Below are positions 13,107 to 22,810 of a stretch of DNA of 26,314 nt, one piece after another. The notes under the pieces were generated by a model. It worked only from the letters and a program-made list of their open reading frames with translations. It was not told the DNA's origin and made no database searches. The first letter of the stretch is position 1. Each line of letters starts with the position of its first letter. The stretch is from Octopus sinensis (taxonomy: Eukaryota), in NCBI RefSeq assembly GCF_006345805.1, contig NW_021835628.1, positions 1-26,314 of the forward strand, written 5' to 3'. The position numbers and the translations under genes are program-made.

Positions 13107-13257
13107 CCGTGGAGCGACACGGCTTCGGGCTCGCCGTCGCGTTGGTGCGCGCGGCCCGGCTCTGCCTCGCGTGGGATCGGTCGTCCCCGTGATGCGCGGC
13201 AGGCGTTCGGCCGGCGGCGAACGGTCAACTCGGAAGTTGTATAGACCAAGGGAATCC
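13107..13257 (+). pseudogene. Dispersed 28S rRNA-like fragment (end of the D8/ES27 expansion segment plus adjacent core)
   Basis: GC-rich island. 13220-13257 aacggtcaactcggaagttgtatagaccaagggaatcc matches the recalled metazoan 28S stretch AACAGCCAACTCAGAACTGGTACGGACCAGGGGAATCC at about 30/38; ccgtggagcgacacggct resembles the upstream CCGTGGACCGCCCCAGCT. Confidence 0.65.
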
Positions 13258-13733
13258 TAGGGCTAAATAACAGTAACATTCTTCCCTTTCATGGAACTGC
13301 CGCATTAAGTTGGCAACATAACATCACCTTACAAACATTTGTTTGTTAGAAAAAAAGAAACATGTACATTGGTTGTGTGCCAAGCAGCATAGCATAGATT
13401 CTGAGATATTTATTCGAACAGTTTCAGTAATATCCAGATCTGAAGTAAGCCATTATAGCTCTGAGTGTTAGAGATAGCCAAGAAGACGTGATTAAGAGAC
13501 TTATAGAGGTTTGTGATAATATGACTATTAAAGCTATGCAATTGGATAAAACATTATCGATTTCTTTAATCCGTTTTACTAGAAACGTGTACAAATAGGA
13601 AACATTTAGGGTCAGTGACATTAGGGCCCTTCACACAAGGTTGTGACCTCGGACAAACATTTAAATATTAAAGTCCCAATAGATCTTGTTACAAATACGT
13701 AGACGGGGAGTAATAGCAGATCCGTATAGATGC

Positions 13734-14120
13734 TTTACTTGTTTCTGTCAGTGGACGGCGGCCATATTGGGGCACAGCCTTCAAAGGTTTAGCGGAACAA
13801 ATCGGTTCCAGTACTTACGCTATCAGTTCCTTTTGCTGAACTGATAACTTGAAGGGATGTAAACAAACCAATACCAGTTGTAAAGTGATGATAGATACAA
13901 AGGCTCATACATACACACGCACACACACACACACACACACATACACACACGCACACACATGCATATGCGACGGATTTCCATACAGTTTTCGTCTAACAAG
14001 GCATTGGTCAGCCCGAGACTTTAGTGGAAGATACATGTCCAAGGTGACGACGCGCACTGGGACTGAACCTGAAGCCACATGGTTGCGAAGCGAGCTTCTT
14101 AACCACACAGCCATCCATGC
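13734..14120 (-). mobile_element. SINE family B, diverged full-length copy
   Basis: Reverse complement has the tggctgtgtggttaagaagc..ggttcagtcccagtgcg head, a (GT)n middle and a tail homologous to 9105-9329. Confidence 0.85.
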
Positions 14121-14280
14121 ATCGACTACATACACTCATGCCTATCCTTTTGCTATAATAATAAGCTAAATCCCTCTTTCTGGAATGGAAATAACTAGAA
14201 ACGAACATGATCTCTGTGTATCAACCACATCATTCTGACTAGTCTGGCAGAGTTTGTAACAATGATGAGTTCTATCTGAA

Positions 14281-14841
14281 GCTGGCAGAAACGTTGGCAC
14301 GCCGGGCGAAATGCTTAACGGTATTTCGCCTGTCTTTGCGTTCTGAGTTCAAATTTCGCCGAGGTCGACTTTGCCTTTCATCCTTTCGGGGTCGATTAAA
14401 TAAGTATCAGTTACGCACTGGGGTCGATATAATTGACTTATTCCGTTTGTCTGTCCTTGTTTGTTCTCTCTGTGTTTAGCCTCTTGTGGGTAGTAAAGAA
14501 ATAGGCATTTCGTCTGCCGTTACGTCCTGAGTTCAAATTCCGCCGAGGTCGATTTGCCTTTCATCCTTTCGGGGTCGATTAAATAAGTACCAGTTACGCA
14601 CTGGGATTGATATAATCGACTTAATCCGTTTGTCCTCTCCGTGTTTAGCCCCTTGTGGGTAGTAAAGAAATAGGTATTTCGTCTGTCTTTACGTTCTGAG
14701 TTCAAATTTCGCCGAGGTACCTTTGTCTTTCATCCTTTCGAGGTCGATAAATTAAGTACCAGTTGCTTACTGGGGTCGATCTAATCGACTGGCTCCCCTC
14801 CCTAAAAATTTCAGGCCTTGTGCCCACAGTAGAAAAGATTA
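14281..14841 (+). mobile_element. SINE family A trimer
   Basis: One head-bearing unit plus two A-box-less units, joined at aagaaata|gg(c/t)atttcg (after 14503 and 14672). Confidence 0.92.
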
Positions 14842-15169
14842 TAACAGAAAACAGACGATTTTCTCTTAACAACATTGCTGAGCGCCGTCGATAAAGTTTG
14901 AGTCTTGGCCAGATGCGTTAACAACCTCGTTTTTCTGCTTAGTTTTTTAGCCTCATCGCTTTAATGACATCGTTAATATCTTTGGGACAGGCATGAATAT
15001 CAATCCTCATCAATCGTCTGTAGAATGTGAAAGTTTATTTCCCAAGTAAGAAATCGATATGTGTTACGAAAATAGTAACCTCGCTTCTGGAAAGACTGAA
15101 CTGCACAGCGTCGCATCTGGCTGCAATTATGGAAAAGGAAAAACATGGACAAACTACTGAGATGAGAAA

Positions 15170-15700
15170 GATAACGATGACACTACTGCTGCTGATGATG
15201 ATGATGAGGAGGAGGAGGAGGAGGTGGAGAAGGAGGAGGAGGAGAGGAAGGTGAGGGAGGAGTAGGAAGATGAGGGAGGAGGAGGAGGGGGACGAGAGGA
15301 GGAGGAGGGGAGAGAAGGAGGTCAACGACAACGATGACTACGACGGTTATAATGGTCGTAACTACGAACGACGACGACGACGAAAACGATGACGAAGATG
15401 ATGATGATGATGATGATGACGATGACGACAGCGATGACGATGATGATGATGATGATTATGATGACAATGAGGACAGTGGTGAGGATGACGGCGACGACGA
15501 CGATCGTAACGATGGTGATGAGGATGATGATGTTAATGAGGGCGACGACGATGACCATAATGATGATGATAATGATGATGATGTTGGTGGCGGTGATGGT
15601 AGTGATAGTTGTGCAGATGACGCCGATTTGTTAGTGTTCGTGTTCATGTCGTTACTATTGTTATTTACGTTGTCATTAATATTATTATTATCATCATCAC

Positions 15701-15796
<96 letters not shown>

Positions 15797-15826
15797 CATT
15801 ATTATCATCATCATCATCATTATTAT
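15170..15826. repeat. Compound trinucleotide repeats (GAG)n, (GAT/GAC)n, (TCA)n, (TTA)n
   Basis: Directly visible; produces the poly-D, S, L and M ORFs. Confidence 0.95.
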
Positions 15827-16378
15827 TGAGTGAGAGAGCAGTGCATGCCATTAAAGTGACACTGGGGTAGAATATACAAAGCCCAGTATACCCATCATGA
15901 CTACCCGTCTGATAAGGATACCCCAGGCGCATGCATCACAACCACAAATGCGCGACATGGGGATCTCATAACAAGATAAATAGCGCATGACCTTGCAGGT
16001 GGGGCCCAGCTAGAATTTTCTTCAGGTCAAGTAGCCCATCTCGCTCAAAAGTTCCCTGAATAAGGGTTGTTTAAGGATGTTAAATGAAACACCAATGTTT
16101 CCAGAGGTGAATTATTCAAACCCCAAAGAATTTCTCTCAACACATGGCTATGATGCTCCCCCACTACTTCTGCTCGTGATCAGAGATGCACATATCGCCA
16201 GCCACTAAGGGACATGCTCAACTGGTTAACGTCAAACAACTGACAAGCAAATCTTTGGTATTGAGCAGAATATTTTCTGTAGCCCATCTTTTATACCAAG
16301 ACAAAACAATGATAACACTTCCAATCAGTTAAGATCAGAAGCCATGAGAGCCACTGCCTGGTACTGCATCAGGGCATT
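15827..16378. mobile_element. About 550-bp non-coding interspersed element flanked by (TTA)n
   Basis: Complex sequence between two (TTA)n tracts; its last 140 bp or so recur at 16452-16602. Confidence 0.7.
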
Positions 16379-16451
16379 TATTATTATTATTACCATTATC
16401 ACTATTATTATTGTTATTGTTGTTGTTGTTTTTGTTTTTGTTGTTGTTGTC

Positions 16452-16602
16452 AGGCAACCGACAAGCAAACCTGTGGTATTGAGCAGAATATTTACTGTAG
16501 CCCATCTTTTATACCAAGACAAAACAATGTACATGATAACATTTCCCATCAGTTAAGATCAAAAAGCCATGAGAGCCACTGCCTGTCACTGCACCAGGGC
16601 AT
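16452..16602. mobile_element. Truncated second copy of the 15827-16378 element
   Basis: Direct repeat of about 16236-16377, ending at the same cagggcat terminus. Confidence 0.85.
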
Positions 16603-17017
16603 AATTATTATCATCATCATTATTATTATTGTTGTTGAACGGCCTTTGTGGCCAATAAAGAAACGAACATTATTGCTGTTGTTTTTGTAATTTGCTTCAT
16701 TGTTATTGCTTCTATTCTTGTCGAGGTTTATGTTTCATTTCTATATATTTTTATTATTTTTTTAAATTAAGCAAATACGAAAAAAAAAGTATTCTGGAGA
16801 TAAACAGATCGAGGTCAGGCAGTGGCTACAATAGTGAACAACAATCTCGACTTGTCATCGTTTATCGATTTTTCTTCTCACGAAGCCAATGGTTGGTTTC
16901 CTTAACGTCTCCCGTTGATAACATCCTGCCTTATCACACTTGATTTCCTCTCGTCGTTGCCCGGAAAGACAACAGAATTCTTTCTAGAATTCATCCAAAT
17001 ATTATCTATTATATTTT

Positions 17018-17240
17018 ATCTTTCGTTTGTTTCAGTTACTAGAAATGCGGCCATGCTGGAGCACGGCCTTGAAGAATTTTTAGTCGAATGAATCGACCCC
17101 AGTGCTTTTTTGTTTTTAGATGCCGGATACATACTCTATCGCCCTTTTTTGCCGAACCGCTACTTTATGGGGATGTAACACACCAACGCCGGTTGTCAAA
17201 AGGTGGTGGGGGACAAACAGACGCACACACTCACACACAC
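17018..17240 (-). mobile_element. SINE family B 3' half
   Basis: Reverse-complement homology to 9120-9325 (gcggccatgctggagcac, tcgaccccag, ttttgccgaaccgcta). Confidence 0.85.
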
Positions 17241-17340
17241 ATGTGTATGGGTTTCATCTTGATTTCTCATATAACCGCTCTTTACCCAGTAGACTTAATC
17301 CTCGATAAATACTTCGGAGTGTAAGTTCAAATCATCTAAG

Positions 17341-17342
<2 letters not shown>

Positions 17343-17377
<35 letters not shown>

Positions 17378-17399
17378 AATGAGTATATATATACATATA

Positions 17400-17480
<81 letters not shown>

Positions 17481-17560
17481 ATAAATAAAAATATATGCAT
17501 ACATACAAACATATATGTACGTACCTACATCTACATGTATATATACATGCATATATAAAT
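17343..17560. repeat. (TA)n microsatellite
   Basis: Directly visible. Confidence 0.95.
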
Positions 17561-18030
17561 AATTATACGTAAGTACAGGACACCACAATAAGACGTAGAA
17601 ACGGGAAAACAAAAAAAAACAAAAAACAAGAAAACGAAAAAACAGTTACAGGACGTGCTACACAAGGAAAAAACCCCCGTCATCAGCTGTCGCTAGTAGA
17701 CTCAAGCATGTTTCGAAGGCAAAGACAGAACACTAATCCACTAAGCCTTCCTGCGAGAGAATTAAAATAAAATTCCAAGCAGCGGGGCAAAATGAGTACG
17801 AACACGAACAGGACGTAACAATAAAACTGCAAAAATAAAAATACATGTACAAAAAGTACAAATAAATACAAAACGAGAAAATAAAAAGAGAATACGATAC
17901 AGGAAATCAAACACACAAGAGGACGAACGAAAAAGCCTTTTTTTTTTGGCATCCGATTCGTCGTTTCGTTCCACCTCTTGGTTCCTGTTATTTTTATATT
18001 ATTATTATTATACATATATATATATATATA

Positions 18031-18560
18031 TTGTCTAACAGTCACCCTCCTCACCAAGCAAGCTTCACGGAGTTGCCAGTTTAATCGCTGACGACCCGAT
18101 CATGCGACAGGTTGTACTGAATTACATGTTGCCAGTAGCGTTTAAGAGCGACCTGACCTAAAACGGCGAAACAACTACTGTGTAGTCAACGGCCAATTTA
18201 ACAAGTACCTCGTCGAGGTGACGTGCCTGTGTGCTCCATTGACCCGGAGAACTTTGCTGGAAGGAGAGAAATCTTCAGGTAGGTCTTACCAGGTCAGACC
18301 GATCGAAGGGTAACAGACAGCCGAAACCTTAACGACAATAAATTGAAGCTTCGGAGGCAGGGTGTGGATTTCGTTATTGGCAGGACCTAACAGATCAGGT
18401 TCCTGGCTTTGAACTAGCAGGAGGATTTTGAACTAGCAGAGGATTTTGAATACAAAATAATGGATGAGACCCTAATATTCCTAGTTAGATGGAAACTGCG
18501 GGACCACACGGAGCAGCGCAACCGAAACCACTATTAGGGCGTCCTATGGGACGACCGATA
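18031..18560 (+). mobile_element. RTE-clade LINE 5' UTR-like fragment between two (TA)n tracts
   Basis: 18207-18312 (acctcgtcgaggtg..gtgtgctccattgacccggagaactttgctgg..ggtaggtcttaccaggtcagaccgatcgaagggta) resembles the recalled RTE/BovB-type 5' UTR block (ccttgtcgtggtg..gcgtgctccaatgacc..gagagctatgc..ggtaggg..gacaggtcgaagggta). Confidence 0.55.
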
Positions 18561-18577
18561 TATATATATATATATAT

Positions 18578-18623
<46 letters not shown>

Positions 18624-18627
<4 letters not shown>

Positions 18628-18919
18628 GTAATATAATATGTGAAAACTATTCGGTTGCCAGAATAAAACTCTGAGTTTCGGATGTCGAGGCGGAAATCTG
18701 TTCCGGCATCTAGTCAGTTATCAAGGCAATCATAAAAAAAAAACAGCAATTTTTGATTGCCCTGATAACTGACTTGATGCCGAAGCAGATTTCCTCCCCG
18801 ATATCCGAAACTCGGAGTTTTATTATGGCAACCGAATAATTGCCGCATATTATATTACAGATAAATTCCTCTATTTACATAATATCGAGGTCTCATTCAT
18901 TGTTTTGAGGTCATACCAA

Positions 18920-18922
<3 letters not shown>
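18624..18922. mobile_element. Fold-back element (109-bp arms) in (TA)n with hammerhead-shaped motifs in both arms
   Basis: 18624-18732 is the reverse complement of 18754-18862 with about 13 mismatches; 21-nt spacer. Confidence 0.9.
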
Positions 18923-18975
<53 letters not shown>

Positions 18976-18979
<4 letters not shown>

Positions 18980-19455
18980 AAACAAGTCAAAATAGAAAAT
19001 GCTAAAATAATTTTATAAAGAACATTTCAGTACCGGTTTCGGTCATTTTGAGACCTTTTCAACTGTAACGATTAAATTATTAAATTTAGAAAAATTAGAA
19101 GAAAAGTTTTTTTAAAGGAATATTTGTATAGTGTTCAGATATAAGTGACATTCTGCCTTTCTCTGACTCCCTTGTTTGCACTTGTGTGTTCGAGGTCGTT
19201 GTGAATTCTTGGTAGGGTAGAAGAAGAAGAAGGCTGATGAGGAGAGGGGGTGGAAAAATTTGGGAGTGCCTTGATTGTTGTATTTTGAATGGTCAGTGAC
19301 GGCTAGCAGTTGCAGTTCAATTCAGGAGAATATTTCTATAGAATATTCTCCTGAATTGAACTGCAACTGCTAGCCGTCACTGACCATTCAAAATACAACA
19401 ATCAAGGCACTCCCAAATTTTTCCACCCCCTCTCCTCATCAGCCTTCTTCTTCTT
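18976..19455 (-). mobile_element. PLE-type terminal-repeat element with a hammerhead and a perfect inverted duplication
   Basis: Abuts (TA)n 18923-18975; contains the HHR at 19023-19070 and the palindrome at 19221-19455. Confidence 0.75.
19023..19070 (-). ncRNA. Minimal type I hammerhead ribozyme, U3-A8 core variant
   Basis: Minus strand: cgtt-a-CAG TTGAAAA GGTC tcaaaat GACC GAAA CCGG TA CTG-a-aatg. Stems I and II pair, stem III is the palindrome ACCGGT, and the GUA cleavage triplet is present. Confidence 0.82.
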
Positions 19456-19567
19456 GTCCGGACTTGTGCCTCGAAGGTAACTTTCTAGGTGCAATCCCAT
19501 GGTCATTAATGACCGAAGGAGGTTTCCTCCATACAGGATCTATATTTACAACGTATATATTAATATT

Positions 19568-20721
19568 ATATTTTGGTAATTTATTTGCATTATTCGTCAA
19601 ATTACAACAAAAACATCCTAGCATTCAAAGTAGATACCATTGTGTTGCATCGTCTGAAGCTGTCTTTCTGTCAGTTCTTTGATCTCATGCTGATACTAGT
19701 TCTTGTCTATCGCAGCGAAGAATTCCTTCGCTGAAGCTTCCAACACAACATGGCTGATAAAGCGTTGTGAGCGCAGGAAGTAAGCCATGGATCGAAACAA
19801 GTAATAGTCCGAGGCGGCTAAGTCCGAACTATTACTTGTCTAGGTCCGAATTATATGCTGGGAGTGATCAGTGCGATCCCCTCAAGTTCCTGGAGTTTAA
19901 TCCTGGTCTTTTGAGCAGTATGAGTTCTTGCGTTGTCTTGCTGCTGAAGTACTCGCTTTCTGTTAGGCAATGGCGGATATTTCCACCGCACAATGGCATA
20001 CATCTGCTCCAGCTGTTCGGAGTACAGGTTAGCATTGATGGCTCGACCGTCAGGAACGAACTGTTAGTGAATTATCCCCACTTAATTCTATCAGACGCAG
20101 AGCATCACCTTGTGTTCAAAACACCCATGTTTGGCCACAGGTTCCAGAAGCCGGCCGTTGCTTAACCATTGCTTAGGCACGTTAGGATTGCGGAAGGCGG
20201 TGAGCTGGTAGAAACGTTAGCACGCCAGGCGAAATGCTCAGCGGTATTTCGTCTGCCGTTACGTTCTGAGTTCAAATTCCGCCGAGGTCGACTTTGCCTT
20301 TCATCCTTTCGGTGTCAATAAATAAAGTATCAGTTACACACTGGGGTCGTTGTTATCGACTTAATCTCCTTGTCTGTCCTTTATTGTCCTCTATATGTTT
20401 AGCCCCTTGTGGACAATAAGGAAATAACGATTGCGGAAAAATATCTCCCTCGGATTATTACTAGTTCCGATCCATGACTCACTTCCTGCGCTCGCGACGC
20501 TTCATCAACCAAAAGGAAATGGAAGCTTCAGTGAAGGAATTCTTCGCCTTGAAGGACAAGAACCGGTATCAGCATGGAATCAAAGAACTGGCAAAAAAAG
20601 ATGGCTCCTGACAGCGCAACACGATGGCTTCTATTTCGAATGCTTGGCTGCTTTTGTTGCAATTTGACTAATAAAGCAAATGAATTACCAAAATATTGCA
20701 AAACTTTTCACCCAACACAAT
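19568..20721 (-). mobile_element. Rearranged mariner: minus-strand transposase pseudogene (about 19620-20445) plus an inverted second 3' end (20449-20721)
   Basis: Minus translation RNPNVPKQWL..KVMLCV**..GIIH..INANLYSEQL..QQDNARTHTA..PAYNSDL..DLAASDYYLFRSM. A TIR-like end ttgcaaaacttttcacccaacacaat lies at about 20696-20721. Confidence 0.9.
20196..20428 (+). mobile_element. Full-length SINE family A copy inserted in the mariner
   Basis: A and B boxes present; 10-bp TSD gattgcggaa at 20186-20195 and 20429-20438. Confidence 0.93.
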
Positions 20722-20894
20722 GTGTTAAAGATATTGTACTCGGCGCTGAGTTAAATCCTAAGTTTACTTAATATTTTAAATAAATCGATCGTTTTTTACG
20801 AAAAGAATTCGTTGAGAAAGTCACTACGTTTGTCCTTTAAACACAAATCTTTAGAATCAACCTCATTGTATTTTGGAAAAAGAAATGATCTTTA

Positions 20895-21012
20895 CCATCA
20901 TCATCATCAACATGATCATCATCGTCATCGTCAATCGCATTGTCATCGTCATCATCATCATCTTCGTGATCATCATCATCGTCACCACCAACATTGTTAC
21001 CATCATCATCAT
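20895..21012. repeat. Imperfect (CAT)n microsatellite
   Basis: Directly visible; source of the poly-His ORF. Confidence 0.9.
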
Positions 21013-21492
21013 ATATATCAAATATATACCATTCCTCTGAGAAAAACGGTGAGTTGGACCCTGGTCAGGACATTAATCGTTAATACTGTGGGTTGTTGTA
21101 AAAGTCCAGGCCCAATAGCAGAAATCCTGCATATAGTCGAAGGTCAATGACAACAATCGGGCTAAGACTGAAACTTGAATTGCAGTAATCACACGAAAAT
21201 CGAACTCGAAATTATAACGATTATTATCTATCCCGAGAAGAGAAAAAATCGGTTAAGCAGTAATCTAGCTAAAGTCAGGACTTTAGACTGAAAGCGTGCT
21301 GAGGTCGAAGGCTAAATAATAGTAAATGAGCAATAGTCGAAGACTAAATTATAACAGTTATACTAAATCGAAATCTAAATAGTTGCAGTTATGCTAACGC
21401 TGAAGGTTAAATGACAGCGATCAGGCAACAGCGAAGAATAATGCCTGAAACCTGTTAAAAGTAACGGATATAAGACAGTATCCGTGCTGAAA

Positions 21493-22121
21493 GGCGGCGA
21501 GCTGGCAGAAACGTTAGCGCACCGGGCGAAATGCTTAGCGGTATTTCGTCTGCCGCTGAAAGGCGGCGAGCTGGCAGACACGTTCGCGCGCCGGGCGAAA
21601 TGCGTAACCGTATTTCGTCTGCCGTTACGTTCTGAGTTCAAATTCCACTGAGGTCGACTTTGCCTTTCATCCTTTCGGGGTCGATAAATTAAGTACCAGT
21701 TTCGCACTGGGGTCGATGCAATCGACTTAATCCCTTTGTCTGTCCTTGTTTGTCCTCTCTGTGTTTAGCCCCTTGTGGGTAGTAAAGAAATAGGTATTTC
21801 GTCTGCCGCTGCGTTCTGTGTTCAAATTCCACCGAGGTCAACTTTGCCTTTCATCTTTTCGAGGTCAATAAAATAAGTACCAGTGACTCACTGGGGTCGA
21901 TGTAATCGACTTAATCCGTTTGTTTGTACTTGTTTGTCCCTTCTATGTTTAGCTCCTTGTGGGCATTAAAGAAATAGGTATTTCGTCTGTCGTTTTTTAT
22001 CCTTTCGGGGTCGATAAAATAAGTACTAGTTACGCACTGGGGTCTATGTAATCGACTTAATCCGTTTGTCTGTCCTTGTTTGTCCCCTCTATATTTAGCC
22101 CCTTGTGAGCAGTAAAGAAAT
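21493..22121 (+). mobile_element. SINE family A multimer (duplicated head plus three bodies)
   Basis: Flanked by a 25-bp direct repeat atataagacagtatcc(g/a)tgctgaaa at 21468-21492 and 22122-22146. Confidence 0.93.
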
Positions 22122-22527
22122 ATATAAGACAGTATCCATGCTGAAATCGAAGGTTTTTGTCGTCAGAGATGATGTTAAAAGCAGACCGGAAACACTTTCA
22201 AGTAGAAGATTAAATAACAGTAATGAAAACGAGGCTGGATGTTAAAAATTACGTTAAAGGCTAAAGGGCAAAAATTATGCTGAAAAGGAAGGCTGAGTAC
22301 ATCATTATCTTACAGCCATGGAACACTGTTTTTCTGGCTATTTGATTATTTGTATATCAGATTAAGTTGTAACAATACTTATCGAATTTACTCGTGTGCA
22401 AAACCAACCCCTAATTTAGTGTGAAATCTTAATGCAAAATTTCAGTTTTAGCATCGCTGTATGTCTTATGCCACACTCCAAGTTTTTTCCCCCGTCAAAA
22501 TGAAGAATAAGATACTGCGAGTAAATA

Positions 22528-22810
22528 CACGATGCTCAGGTTAAATTTGACTGTTTTCACAAAAGGAAATGAAACACGATATCCCTTCGAAAAATATAAG
22601 TATTTTAAAATAAGCATTTTTTTTTCTAATAGATTCTGGCTTGGAGAGAACAGTTCACTCAAAGTAGCTGCCCTCAGTTTCCACCACAGCCTCGGCTCCA
22701 GAACCAGGCGCATGCGTTCTTCACTGTGCACCTGAGAAGATCTTCGAACACTTCTTTGGTCTTGATCACTAGCTCGACCTTGGTATTGAAGGCCGATCAT
22801 ATTAAACAGC
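22528..22810 (-). mobile_element. 3' end of a Tc1/mariner-superfamily transposon (possibly maT/DD37D-like)
   Basis: Minus translation SAFNTKVELVIKTKEVFEDLLRCTVKNACAWFWS, then a frameshift to EAVVETEGSYFE*. The end (ta)cacgatgctcaggttaaatttg resembles a TA-CAGGGTG TIR. Confidence 0.7.

Noticed and set aside
12925-13260. 111-aa Arg/Gly-rich ORF or CpG-island promoter
   Set aside because: Better explained by an HHR repeat plus rRNA-like GC-rich sequence.
14281-14841. CRISPR-like array
   Set aside because: The repeats are SINE units of about 170 bp with no unique spacers, and the context is eukaryotic.
15334-15870. 178-aa acidic ORF with an apparent hydrophobic segment
   Set aside because: Made entirely of trinucleotide repeats and runs into an interspersed element; overlapping frames are open for the same reason.
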